Below are positions 1 to 11,602 of a stretch of DNA of 64,000 nt, piece by piece. The notes below the pieces were generated by a model. It saw only the letters and a list, made by a program, of their open reading frames with translations. It did no database searches and was not told the DNA's origin. The first letter of the stretch is position 1; each line of letters opens with the position of its first letter. This DNA comes from an uncultured delta proteobacterium. Lineage in GTDB: Bacteria > Desulfobacterota > Binatia > Binatales > Binataceae. Location: assembly GCA_963832395.1 (NCBI GenBank), contig CAWHTV010000004.1:69284-133283 (forward strand). Reading direction: 5' to 3'. The position numbers and the translations under genes were made by a program.

Positions 1-403
1 TCATCTGTTTGGCCCCAACGGCGAAATTCCCAACGACCGCTGGTCGGTGCGGCGCTTCGCGGTGGTCGAACGTACTCCGTCGAGACCCATCATCCCTACA
101 GCAGCGTGGTGATGTTCTGGGACGCCGAGAACTGGCATCCGTGGATGGCGCTGGCGTTCAACCGCGAGGGCAAACTATGGAAGCTGTGGGAACTCCAAGG
201 CCGCTGGACCGAGGACTTCCACGAGTTTCGCCGAGATTAATCATGGGGTGGAGGCGACCATGCTGGTCGGCGAGGATGTCGTCGACCTGCAAAACGATCG
301 GGCCACGATATTCGCCGGCTACGGCAGCGGCTATCCCAACGCGGTGCCGGCCAACGTCACCCAGCTCTTCGACATCAGCAAATTGGAGGAGATGCATCGC
401 TGA
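1..403 (+). CDS. C-terminal fragment of a hypothetical protein; the gene starts before the window and contains two apparent frameshifts
   Basis: Protein-like translation is spread over frames 2, 1, 2 (HLFGPNGEIPNDRWSVRRFAVVERTPSRPII / PYSSVVMFWDAENWHPWMALAFNREGKLWKLWELQGRWTEDFHEF / EINHGVEATMLVGEDVVDLQNDRATIFAGYGSGYPNAVPANVTQLFDISKLEEMHR) and ends at TGA 401-403. No family recognised. Confidence 0.3.
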
Positions 404-450
404 CGCGGCCGCCGCTCGGCTTATACTGCTGCCTCGTGGCGGGCGCGGTC

Positions 451-1337
451 CTAGTCGTGGCTTTTGGTCGTGGTTGCGGCCGCGCTCCAGATGGCGGTCT
501 TCGGATGGAACGCCGCCCACGCAAACCAGTAACCGTTGTAGACCGGGACGCGCTCGCCTGACACGCTCGCGGTCGGCCGCTCCGGAATCCGCATCATAAG
601 TGATAGTCAGATCCGCGCCGCCCAGTTGAACCCGAAGCGGCATCGCCGCCTCACTTAGCTTCGACAGCGGAAACGCTTCGTCCTGGCCGCCTGCCGAGAG
701 GCCCAGGACCAGTTCATGGGCGGAGAGCCGCTCGTCGAGATGGGCAACCGGCGATACCACCTGGTCCCCGTGCTCGTAGCCCCAGTAGGGATCGACTCCA
801 TAGTCGCGCGTATAGCCAGTATTGATACTAAGTACGTCGGTCGAGGGATGCTTCTTTTGCCAGGCCTCCCAGGTCATGATCGTGCTCGGTATCGCCGCCA
901 GCTTCTGCCCCGCCATCGGTCCGGCCAGCGCCTCACCCTCGAGCTGCGACCACAGGCTCTGCGTGCCCTCATCGTAGAGCACCAGGTTGCTCTGGTAGAG
1001 CTTGCCCGACACGCCGAAAGTGAGCGTCTTGCCGCCGGCCTCGCGGCTGTAGACGGCGGCGCCCTGGACCAACGGGCAGAAGGTCACCGCGAGCGGCGTT
1101 CCCGCCATCGAGTCGTCGACCACCTCGTGCCAGTTGAGAATCTTGATCGGGTAGGCGCGCGCCCGCCCTTGGATGACCACGCCGATCACCTTGTCGTTGG
1201 ATTCGAGAAACGTTGCGTGCTCGGCCTTGACGAATTGCGGCTCGCAGCACAGCCGGAATCGCGTCCTTCGCCGGGCCGCCGTCGCGAATCTCGCCGGGCG
1301 GCACCACGTGATGGCTAAGGTCGAAACCGCTGAGCAA
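451..1337 (-). CDS. DUF3179 domain protein, two frameshifts as assembled (near 540 and near 1200)
   Basis: Stitched minus-strand ORFs 969..1337 (GGPAKDAIPAV), 158..1189 (AYPIKILNWHEVVDD...LAVTFCPLVQG...SLWSQ) and a third frame ending RVPVYNGYWFAWAAFHPKTAIWSAAATTTKSHD* (stop, as cta on the + strand, at 451-453). These are typical DUF3179 motifs. Confidence 0.6.
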
Positions 1338-1503
1338 CCGGATAGATCGCGATCGCGGCGGCTATCGCCAGCGCGCGGGCGAATCGCCCGCGGCGCAGAG
1401 CCTGTCCTCGCCTACGCTCTTCATAGCACTCGCGCATCGAACCGCTCCCGCGACTCGACTCGTCTCCATTCAATGCGGCCGGCCGCTTCCGAGTTCCCCG
1501 GAC

Positions 1504-2497
1504 TTAACTGGCGAGCCGCGCGCGATCGTGCGGCGCGGCAAAATCGATCGCCGGGCCCTTGGGCACGATCCGGGTCGGGTTGATCATCGCGTGGCTCGCG
1601 TAATAGTGGCGCTTGATATGCGCGAGGCTGACCGTCTCGGCGACGCCGGGCACCTGGTAGAGGTCGCGCGTATAACCCCACAGATTCGAGTAGTCAATGA
1701 TACGGCGCAAGTTACATTTGAAGTGGCTATAGTAAACAGCGTCGAAACGCACCAGCGTAGGGAACAGCCGCCAGTCAGCCTCCGTCGGGCGGACGCCGAA
1801 GAGGTAGCGCTGGCGCGCCAGGCGCTGCTCGAGCCGGTCGAGCGTCTCGAACAGCGGGTCGAAAGCCGCTTCGTAGGCCTGCTGCGTTTTGGCGAAGCCG
1901 CATTTGTAGACGCCATTGTTGAAGGTGTCGTAAATGACGGCGTTGAGTTCGTCGATCTCCGCGCGCTGCGCCTGCGGATAGAGGTCGTCGCCCGCCGCGC
2001 CCAACGCGTTGAACGCCGAATTGAACATCCGGATTATCTCGGACGACTCGTTGTTGACGATGGTCCCGGTCTCGCGGTCCCATAACACCGGCACCGTGAC
2101 GCGCCCGGTATAGTCGCGCCGCGCCATGCGTGTAGATCTCATGCAGGTAGCGCGCGCCGTTCAGATCGTCGCGCGTTGCGCCCGGCGTGAGCGAACCGTC
2201 CGGCGCGCCGAAGGCCCATCCGTCATCGCCCATGAACGGATCGACCACCGACACCGTGATCGCGTCGTCGAGCTTCTTCAGCCTGCGCACGATGAGCGTG
2301 CGATGGGCCCACGGGCAGGCGAGCGATACGTACAGGTGATAGCGCCCGCGTTCGGCCTTGAAGCCGCCCTCGCCGCTCGGCCCGGGACTGCCGTCGGCCG
2401 TCACCCAACTCCTGAAAACGGTATGCGGACGGACGAAATTGGCCCCCGCCGAGCGAAGGTCATCGCGTTGCCATTGGCCGTCGATCATCGTTCCCAT
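1504..2497 (-). CDS. Glutathionyl-hydroquinone reductase-type glutathione S-transferase (YqjG/ECM4-like, Xi class), one frameshift near 2120
   Basis: N-terminal MGTMIDGQW...RYHLYVSLACPWAHRTLIVRRLKKL...FMGDDGWAF in the frame of 1775..2713. C-terminal ...YTGRVTVPVLWD...YKCGFAKTQQAYE...IKRHYYASH in 1504..2142. An AGGAG SD lies 6 nt before the ATG at 2497. Confidence 0.7.
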
Positions 2498-2528
2498 CGC
2501 GAACTCCTCTCGCCCATCGCGAACTCCT
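2493..2528. repeat. Near-tandem duplication (two 16-bp copies, 20-bp period) of the SD+ATG region of the GST gene
   Basis: cccatcgcgaactcct occurs at 2493-2508 and 2513-2528 with a 4-bp spacer. On the minus strand this is aggagttcgcgATGgg twice. Confidence 0.6.
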
Positions 2529-2557
2529 TGCGCGCGCCCCAGGAATCCTCCGATGAT

Positions 2558-3447
2558 ATGCAGGTGGGCCAAAATCTCACAAACTCCGGCCTCAAGAGCC
2601 TGCAGGCGCTGCTCTACCGGTTGATCACCGCGCCCGAGGGCGTGGCCGCAGGTCTGGCCGCCGAACGCGCGCGTGGGCCGGCCTTGCTCAATGATTCGCA
2701 TGATTCGCATCATTCGAAGATCTGGAAAATCTCATCGAAAGCGACGATCGTCTCTCGGCGACCGAGCGTCTCGAGATTTACGCCAACGCCTACTTCTACC
2801 GCATCCTCGACTGCCTGAAGGAGGATTTCCCGGCGACGCTCGCAACGCTCGGCGCCGACAACTTCCACAACCTGGTCACCGGCTACCTGATCGAGTATCC
2901 GCCAACCGAACCTTCAATCTCTTATGCCGGCCGCCATCTGGCCGAGTTCCTGCGTCACCATCCGATGCGCGAGCGATGGCCGTTCATCGCCGATCTGGCG
3001 CGGCTGGAGCGGACGCTGATCGAGATCTTCCATGCCGCGGAGGCGGAACCGTTGAACGCCGAGGCGATGCGCTCGGTCGCGCCCGGTGATTGGCCGGCGC
3101 TCGCGATGCGAACGCATCCGGCGCTGGCGATCGTCGATTGCGAATGGCGCGTGGACGAGCTATTGCGCGAAGTCGAAGCCGCCGCGGGCGAAAGCGACCA
3201 CATCCGCGACGAACCCGCGCACGCGCCGGTCAGCGTGCTGGTGTGGCGGCGCAACTCCCGGGTCCATTATCGCGCGTTGGAGCGCCCGGAACGCGCGGCG
3301 CTCGAACTGGCGAGCGCCGGGGCAAGTTTCGCGGCGATATGCGAAGCGATTGCGGCTGCGAGCGGCGACGATGATCCGGTTGCGCTTATCAACCGGCTGC
3401 TTGCGCGATGGATTGAAGAGGGATTGCTCGTCCTGGCGAACCAGTAG
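2558..3447 (+). CDS. DUF2063 domain protein (putative DNA-binding domain family), one frameshift near 2700 inside a short tandem repeat
   Basis: N-terminal frame gives MQVGQNLTNSGLKSLQALLYRLITAPEGVAAGLAAE...NDSHDSHHS. The remainder gives EDLENLIESDDRLSATERLEIYANAYFYRILDCLKEDFPATL...WPFIADLARLERTLIEIFHAAEA...LLVLANQ* (ORF 2965..3447). Confidence 0.6.
2691..2717. repeat. 9-bp tandem repeat (atgattcgc x2, then atcattcga) inside the DUF2063 gene, encoding an Asp-Ser-His repeat
   Basis: Direct reading of atgattcgcatgattcgcatcattcga. Translates as NDSHDSHHS in the N-terminal frame. Confidence 0.6.
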
Positions 3448-3583
3448 CCCGGCCAACGCGCGGCTCTACTCGTAGTGCTCAGCGGGTGTGAGCGCACGTA
3501 TTCTTCGCTCTCGCACGCATCGCTCTTGACACGGCGGCGGCTCTGTTGCTCCAACCATTCGAGGCAAGGAGAGCATCACCGAT

Positions 3584-5215
3584 ATGGCAATCATCAGGGG
3601 CGAGCAGATAATCGCGCGCTGCTTCAAAAACGAAAACGTCGACACGATCTTTTTCATGATGGGCGGGCCGACCAGCGGCACCGCCGGAGCGTGCCTCGAC
3701 CTCGGGATGAAGGGCATCTACGTCCGCCACGAGCAGGCGGCGGCGATGATGGCGCACGCGTACGCGCGCGTCACCGGCAAGCCGGGCATCTGCATCACGC
3801 CCTCGGGCCCCGGCACGGCCAACGCGCTTACGGGGCTCGCCAACGCGTGGGCCGACGCCACGCCGATAGTCGCGATTGGCGGTTCGGCGCCGATGCGCGC
3901 GACCACGCTCGACGCCTTCCAGGAGATGGATCAGGTCGCGATCATGAAGCCTGTGGTGAAGGCGGCTTACCGGGTCGACATGGCGAGCCGCATCCCGGAA
4001 TACATCAGCGTCGCGTTTCGTGAGGCGCTCGACGCCAAGAAGGGCCCGGTCTACCTCGACCTGCCCGGGGACATTCTCAATCACAAGGTCGACGAGGAAA
4101 AACTCCTGTTCCCCGCCAACTACCGCGTCGAGAGCCGGCCGGCCGGCGACCCCGTGCAGGTGGAACGCGCGATCGAGTTGCTCGCCGCGGCCGAACGCCC
4201 GATCGTCGTCACCGGCAGCGGCGTGTTGTGGTCGGGCGCATCCGCCGAACTGCGCGATTTCATCGACAGCACCGGGCTGCCGTTTTACACCACGCCGCAG
4301 GGCCGCGGCGTGATTGCCGAGGACCATCCGCGCTCGTTTCCGGGCGCGCGCTCGATGGCGTTTCGCGAGGCCGACGTGGTGCTGGTGGTGGGAGCGCGGG
4401 CGAACTCGATGCTCTCGTTTCTGCGCGCGCCGCGCTTTTCGCCCAACGCCCGCTTCATCAGCGTCAATCTCGACGGGCGCGAGATCGGCCACAACCGCGG
4501 CGTCGAGGTCGGGATCATCGGCGACGCCAAGCTGGTGCTGCGCCAGTTGACCGAGGAGGCCGACGGCCGCTTCGAGGCGCATCGCGAGAGCGCGTGGGTC
4601 GCGCAGCTCAGCGCCAAGCATCGCTCCAACCAGGAGCGCTCGGCGCCGCTGCTCCATTCCGACGCCGTGCCGATCCATCCGCTGCGCCTGTGCCGCGAGG
4701 TTCGCGACGTGATCTCGCGCGACACCATCCTGATCGTCGACGGCCACGAGATTCTGAACTTCGCGCGCCAGTCGATTCCGATCTACCAGGCCGGATGCAG
4801 CCTTAACGCGGGGCCGCACGGATGCATGGGCGTCGGCGTGCCGTTCGGAATCGGCGCCAAGGTCGCGAAGCCCGAAGCGCCGGTGCTGGTGCTCTCAGGC
4901 GACGGCGCGTTCGGATGGAACGGGATGGAGATGGACACGGCGATTCGCCATCAACTGCCGATCGTGGTGGTGATGTCGAACAACGCCGGCTTCACCTCGC
5001 GCAAGACCGGCGGCACGGTCGGCCGTGAGCTGGGATGGCAGCGCTACGACAAGATGGTCGAGGCGCTCGGCGGATACGGCGAGTTCGTCGAGAAGCCCGA
5101 CGGCATCCGCGGCGCGATCGAGCGCGCATTCAAAAGCGGCAAGCCCGCACTGGTCAACGTATGCACCGATCCCGAGGCGCAGGCGACCACGGACATGGGC
5201 TTCGCAGGATATTGA
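3584..5215 (+). CDS. Thiamine-pyrophosphate-dependent enzyme (acetolactate synthase large subunit / sulfoacetaldehyde acetyltransferase-like)
   Basis: Intact 543-aa ORF with TPP-enzyme N, central and C domains (GICITPSGPGTANALTGLANAWADATPIVAIGG ... GDGAFGWNGMEMDTAIRHQLPIVVVMSNN). AGGAGAG SD upstream. Confidence 0.8.
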   Translation: MAIIRGEQIIARCFKNENVDTIFFMMGGPTSGTAGACLDLGMKGIYVRHEQAAAMMAHAYARVTGKPGICITPSGPGTANALTGLANAWADATPIVAIGGSAPMRATTLDAFQEMDQVAIMKPVVKAAYRVDMASRIPEYISVAFREALDAKKGPVYLDLPGDILNHKVDEEKLLFPANYRVESRPAGDPVQVERAIELLAAAERPIVVTGSGVLWSGASAELRDFIDSTGLPFYTTPQGRGVIAEDHPRSFPGARSMAFREADVVLVVGARANSMLSFLRAPRFSPNARFISVNLDGREIGHNRGVEVGIIGDAKLVLRQLTEEADGRFEAHRESAWVAQLSAKHRSNQERSAPLLHSDAVPIHPLRLCREVRDVISRDTILIVDGHEILNFARQSIPIYQAGCSLNAGPHGCMGVGVPFGIGAKVAKPEAPVLVLSGDGAFGWNGMEMDTAIRHQLPIVVVMSNNAGFTSRKTGGTVGRELGWQRYDKMVEALGGYGEFVEKPDGIRGAIERAFKSGKPALVNVCTDPEAQATTDMGFAGY

Positions 5216-5235
5216 AGATGCCCTCGCCCGCTTCG

Positions 5236-5380
5236 CCCAGGATGTCGATAAATACAAACAAATCGCTTCGCGCAGATCCTTCACTACGGCGACCTTCGTT
5301 CAGGATGACAGAAAAAAAGGCTCTCTTTCTGTCATCCTGAGGCGTCAGCGAAGGATCCACGCGAAGCGATAGATCTTCTT
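5236..5380. repeat. Palindromic MITE-like repeat, copy A (family with gtcatcctgagg / cgaaggatc arms)
   Basis: Nested inverted repeats: atcgcttcgcgcagatccttc...ccttcgttcaggatgacag [aaaaaaaggctctcttt] ctgtcatcctgaggcgtcagcgaagg...gaaggatccacgcgaagcgat. About 85% identical to copy B at 35211-35357. Confidence 0.6.
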
Positions 5381-5461
5381 TGCCGCATTTATCGACACCC
5401 TCTCGTCTGCGGGAGAGGGCATAAATGGCGACGGGTGGTAAAAAGCCCGATCGGCGGCCAC

Positions 5462-6352
5462 TCATCGCGTGCCGGTGCGGCGGGCGACCTCCAGCACGCG
5501 CCGCGCGCGCGTCAGATGCGGCACGTCGACCATCTCGCCACGAAAGGTGAACGCCATCCGCCCCGCCTTGCTGTTTTCCTCGAAGGCCGCGAGCAGTTCC
5601 TCGGCGTCCGCGATCTCCTGTTTCGAGGGTGAAAAAACCTCGTTGACGATTTCGATCTGGCTTGGATGGATCGTGATCTTGCCGGTGAAGCCCATCCAGG
5701 CGCCCTCGATACAATCGCGGCGGCATCCGTCGGGATCCTTGATGTTGACGAAAACGGTGTCGATCGGCTGGACCGCGGCCGCGGTGGCGGCGAGCAGCGT
5801 CATGATCCGCGCGTAGCGGAAGACTTCGAGGAACTCGCCGCGCTCGTCGCGATTGCGCCGCGCGCCGATCGCCGCCGAAAGATCCTCGGCGCCCCACGAC
5901 ATGCTGTCGACGCGCGGATGCAGGCCGAGGTCCTTGATGTTGAGCAGGCCTTGCGGCGTCTCGGTCGCGAGCAGCAGCAGCTTGACGCTGCGCTCGGGAT
6001 AGCCGTACTGGCGCTCGAGCCCGCTCAAGATCGAATCGACCTTTTCCACGTCGGCGAAGCTCCGCACCTTGGGCACCATGTAGGAATCCGGCCGCCCGGC
6101 CATCGTGGCCTCGAGGTCGGCGACTCCCCACGGCGTATCCAGCGGATTCATCCGCACCATCCGCTCGCGGCCCTTGAAGTCGACCTTCTGCAGCCACTCG
6201 GTGACCGTCTTGCGCGCGGAGGCCTTGTTGTCGGGCGTGACCGAGTCCTCGAGGTCGAGCACCAGCGCGTCGGCAGGGAGATCGATCGACTTCGCCAGCA
6301 TCTTGTCATTGGCGCCGGGCACGAAATGCACGGCGCGGCGCAGCGTCTCCAT
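5462..6352 (-). CDS. HpcH/HpaI aldolase / citrate lyase beta-subunit family CoA-ester lyase (citramalyl-, malyl- or citryl-CoA lyase-like)
   Basis: Intact 296-aa ORF: METLRRAVHFVPGANDKMLAKSIDLPADALVLDLEDSV...MVPKVRS...GKITIHPSQIEIVNEVF is typical CitE/Ccl. Confidence 0.8.
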   Translation of the reverse strand: METLRRAVHFVPGANDKMLAKSIDLPADALVLDLEDSVTPDNKASARKTVTEWLQKVDFKGRERMVRMNPLDTPWGVADLEATMAGRPDSYMVPKVRSFADVEKVDSILSGLERQYGYPERSVKLLLLATETPQGLLNIKDLGLHPRVDSMSWGAEDLSAAIGARRNRDERGEFLEVFRYARIMTLLAATAAAVQPIDTVFVNIKDPDGCRRDCIEGAWMGFTGKITIHPSQIEIVNEVFSPSKQEIADAEELLAAFEENSKAGRMAFTFRGEMVDVPHLTRARRVLEVARRTGTR

Positions 6353-6380
6353 AATCGGCTACTCCAATGTTGTTGCGCGG

Positions 6381-6848
6381 CTACTTGTTGGGCTTGCGCA
6401 GCATCATCGCCGCCCGCTTGCAGCGCATCACGGTCTCGTCGCGCTGGTTGCGCGCGCGATGCTCGAGGATCACGATGCCCCAGTTGGGATGCGATTTCGA
6501 CGGCCGCACCTCCAGCACCTCGCTCTCGGCGTAAAGCGTGTCGCCGATGAACACGGGCTTGGGAAATTCGACCTTCTCGAAACCCAGGTTGCCGACCGTG
6601 GTGCCGAGCGTGAGGTCGCCGACCGAAAGCCCGACCGTCACGCCAAGGGTGAAGATCGAGTTGACCAGGATCTGCCCGAACTCGGCCTTTTTGCCGAACT
6701 CGGCGTCCAGATGCAGCGGCTGCACGTTCATCGTGAGCGTCGTGATCAGCAGGTTGTCGGTCTCGGTGACCGTGCGGCCGGGCTGATGCTGAAACGTCTC
6801 GCCGACTTTGAACTCTTCGAAATACTTGCCCATCGTGATCGCTCCCAA
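6381..6848 (-). CDS. MaoC-like (R)-specific enoyl-CoA hydratase/dehydratase (hot-dog fold)
   Basis: Intact 155-aa ORF: [59 protein letters not shown]. Confidence 0.8.
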   Translation of the reverse strand: MGAITMGKYFEEFKVGETFQHQPGRTVTETDNLLITTLTMNVQPLHLDAEFGKKAEFGQILVNSIFTLGVTVGLSVGDLTLGTTVGNLGFEKVEFPKPVFIGDTLYAESEVLEVRPSKSHPNWGIVILEHRARNQRDETVMRCKRAAMMLRKPNK

Positions 6849-6964
6849 CGCGAATGTGCGCGAGTTTTGGCCCGACGCGCTCGGCGCGGGCGCCCCGAAT
6901 CATAGTCCAGGCGCGCGCCCGCAACCAGCCGCGCGCAGCCCGTCCGAGTGACCGTCTTCGCCAC

Positions 6965-8990
<2,026 letters not shown>

Positions 8991-9002
8991 ACTTGGCGCT
9001 AC

Positions 9003-9852
9003 ACCTTGTCGATAATTTCGGCGCGGAAGCGCTCGAGCTCCGAGCCCTCGAGCGCCTTGATCGGAAGCCCGGCGAGCGTGCGATCGACGCCCAGTTCGGC
9101 CATCCGGCGCACGTCGTCGGCGGTGAGCGGCTTGCCGGTGCGCAGGCTGAGCGTGATTTCGATCGGCCTGCGTGCGCTCGGCCGCGCGCGCGTACTCGCG
9201 CAGGCGCGAAATCAGCGTCCGCGCCTCGTCCAGGCTGTGCGCGATCCCGTACCATCCGTCGCCCAGCCTGACCGTGCGCTTGAGCGCGGGCTCGCTGGTG
9301 CCGCCGAAGACGATCGGCGGATGCGGCTGCTGGACGGTCTTGGGCATGAACTTCATCCCCTGGGTCGCAACCGTCTTGCCCTTGTAGAGCGGATCGCTCT
9401 TGCTCCACAGCTCGATCATCAACTCCAGGTACTCGCGGGTGCGCAGCGCGCGGTCCTCGAACTTCATCCCGACCGCCTCGAACTCCTCCTTGAGCCATCC
9501 GATGCCGACGCCGAAGATGACGCGGCCCTGGCTCAGGTTGGTCGAGCGTGGCGATCGCCTTGGCGGTGGCAAAGACGTTGCGCAGCGGCAGCACGAAGAT
9601 GCCGGTGGCGAGGCGAATCTTCGTGGTCAGCGCGGCGACGTAGGCGAGCACGAGCAGCGGATCGTGAAACGGCGCGTCGGGCGGCACGAGAAAGCGGCCG
9701 TCGGCCGAGTAGGGATAGGCCGAGTCCTGCTTCACCGGCATGATCAGATGCTCGGCGATCCAGGCCGACTCGAAGCCGAGTTGCTCGGCCTGGCGCACGT
9801 CGGTGGCGATCGCCTCGCCGCGCTGCTTGGTGATGAAGGTGCCGAATTTCAT
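9003..9852 (-). CDS. Luciferase-like monooxygenase (LLM) family flavin/F420-dependent oxidoreductase, two frameshifts (near 9540 and near 9180)
   Basis: MKFGTFITKQRGEAIATDVRQAEQLGFESAWIAEHL...ATGIFVLPLRN, then LSQGRVIFGVGIGWLKEEFEAVGMKFEDRALRTREYLELMIELWSKSDP...PHPPIVFGGTSEPAL, then PIEITLSLRTGKPLTADDVRRMAELGVDRTLAGLPIK...IIDKV*. Confidence 0.65.
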
Positions 9853-9897
9853 GAGCGCATACCTCGCCGCTAACTCGTCATCCTAATGTAGATCGGG

Positions 9898-11178
9898 CTA
9901 ATAAATCGGCCCGAAAGCTGCGCGCGCATGGCGCTCGAGCGGCTCGCGAAAGTCCGGATGCGCGATCGCGATCAGCCGCCGCGCGCGTTCCTCCAGGCTC
10001 ATGCCGCGCAGATGCGCCGCGCCGTACTCGGTGACCACGATATCGACGTCGGAGCGCGCCGTGGTGACCACCGGATCGTTCAGCGAGGCGACGATCCGGC
10101 TGACCTTGCCGCCGCGCGCCGTCGCCGGCAGCGCGATTATCGATTTTCCGCCGCGCGAGCGCCGCGCCGCGCGCACGTAGTCGACCTGGCCGCCGACCGC
10201 GCCGATATACGTTCCGCCCGCGACCTCGGCGTTGACCTGGCCGCTCAAGTCGACTTCGATCGCGGAATTGAGCGAGACGAAGCCGTCGATTCGCGCCAGC
10301 AGCTCGACGTTGTGCGTGATGCTGAGCGGCACCAGCCGCAGCGCCGGGTTGCGATGGGCGAAGTCGTACAGCTTTCGCGTGCCCAACAGCGTCCCGGTGA
10401 TGCTCGCATCGCGGTCGAACGGCTTGGTCTCGTTGGTCACCGCGCCCGACTTAATCAGATCCACCACGGCGTCGCTGACCATCCCCGAATGCAGCCCGAG
10501 CCGGCGATGGCCGTGCAGGGCGTCCAGGATCGCGCTCGGCATCGCGCCGATTCCCATCTGGATCACCGCGCCGTCGGGCACCAGCTCCGCGACCTGCCGG
10601 GCGATCTTTTTATCGACCTCGCTCGGCTCGCGCGTGGAATGCTCCAGCGGCGGCCGCGAGCTGCGCACGATGTAATCGACCCGCGCCATATCGAGCGGCT
10701 CGTCGGAATAGGTCCACGGCAGGCGATCGTTGACCTGGGCAATCACCGTGCGCGCGCGGCGCATCGCGATCTTCAGATAATCGTTCACAAGCCCCATGCT
10801 GTATTCGCCGCCGCTTTCGGCGGGCGGGCTCAGATGGAGAAGCACCACGTCGGCTTTCAGGATGCCGCTATCGAACAGCGACTCGACGTCGGAAAGCTGG
10901 CAGGGGATCAGGCGCAGCACGCCGGCGTCGACCAGGCGGCGCCGCGTCCCGATGGCGCTCATGCCGAGAAACGTGAGGCAATCGGCATGTTCCGGCTGCA
11001 GCGTCTCCGAATATCCGGGTCCGAGAAAAAGCGTGATCGGACCGATCGCGTGGCGCTGCGCGACCAGCGTCTCCGACAGCGTCAGCGGCTCGGCCGCCCC
11101 TTGCGCCCAGACCACGGTGTCGCCCGGCCGAATGTAGCGCGCAAGCTCAAGCTCTTCCGCTCGCAGTTCGATAGTCAT
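9898..11178 (-). CDS. Acetyl-CoA hydrolase/transferase family CoA-transferase (4-hydroxybutyrate CoA-transferase / RipA-like)
   Basis: Intact 426-aa ORF with hallmark regions (IQMGIGAMPSAILDAL...SGMVSDAVVDLIKSGAVTNETK...LNSAIEVDLSGQVNAEV...TEYGAAHLRG). Confidence 0.8.
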   Translation of the reverse strand: MTIELRAEELELARYIRPGDTVVWAQGAAEPLTLSETLVAQRHAIGPITLFLGPGYSETLQPEHADCLTFLGMSAIGTRRRLVDAGVLRLIPCQLSDVESLFDSGILKADVVLLHLSPPAESGGEYSMGLVNDYLKIAMRRARTVIAQVNDRLPWTYSDEPLDMARVDYIVRSSRPPLEHSTREPSEVDKKIARQVAELVPDGAVIQMGIGAMPSAILDALHGHRRLGLHSGMVSDAVVDLIKSGAVTNETKPFDRDASITGTLLGTRKLYDFAHRNPALRLVPLSITHNVELLARIDGFVSLNSAIEVDLSGQVNAEVAGGTYIGAVGGQVDYVRAARRSRGGKSIIALPATARGGKVSRIVASLNDPVVTTARSDVDIVVTEYGAAHLRGMSLEERARRLIAIAHPDFREPLERHARAAFGPIY

Positions 11179-11228
11179 CGTGAAAGGCGTTGCGCGTAGC
11201 GGCTGGACGAGAGGCTCCTGCGAGAGTT

Positions 11229-11602
11229 CTAACGGATGCGCTTGCTCGGCCGCGGCAGTAACCGGCGGACGAGGTCGCGGCTCGCTTGCGGCGGCCGGGC
11301 ACGGCGCCGCGGCCGTGCGGAAATCGCCCGCGGCGGTATCCGCAGCGGACGCGTCTGGCGTTCAACGCGTATTCCGGGCGTCGGCGGAGGCGGCGCGGGC
11401 GGCGGATCCAGCCGCGCCTCGTCCTGCATCAGGAGAAAGAAAAACATGTTGGCGAGGACGATCTTGGTCAGCCCGATAACCGACACCAGCGCCGCCACCA
11501 GCACCCACTTCGAGGAATCGTGGCCAAGCCATCCCGTCTTCACCCCGACGCCCAGCGTCGCAACGGCCGCCACGATGATGACGCCCATCCCGATCGACGC
11601 CG
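11229..11602 (-). CDS. Hypothetical small membrane protein (two predicted TM helices, Pro/Arg-rich tail); weak call
   Basis: MVPASIGMGVIIVAAVATLGVGV...WVLVAALVSVIGLTKIVLANMFFFLL, upstream of the CoA-transferase on the same strand. No family recognised. Confidence 0.2.

Noticed and set aside
9-599. Long antisense or out-of-frame ORFs from the six-frame track (for example 9..599+, 716..1318+, 3479..4819-, 5154..6197-, 6148..6924-, 9928..11199+, 14513..15754-, 19750..20943-, 35422..36102+, 43920..45215-, 45793..47778-, 47960..49564-, 52709 region)
   Set aside because: They are Arg/Ala/Pro/Gly-rich low-complexity translations lying opposite or out of frame with genes that have clear homology. 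Such stop-free shadow ORFs are expected in a 67% GC genome.
2493-2528. Treating the widespread frameshifts as real pseudogenes indicating genome decay
   Set aside because: Essential single-copy genes (dnaE, trxB, lgt, xseA) are affected at the same rate as accessory genes. Several long accessory genes (FGGY kinase, amidase, sigma-54 regulator, CoA-transferase) are intact. This pattern fits random assembly indels, not selection-driven decay.
2558-3447. DUF2063 as part of a RiPP (methanobactin/TglHI-like) biosynthetic system
   Set aside because: No DUF692 partner and no plausible short precursor ORF within the window. The neighbours are a GST and a TPP enzyme.
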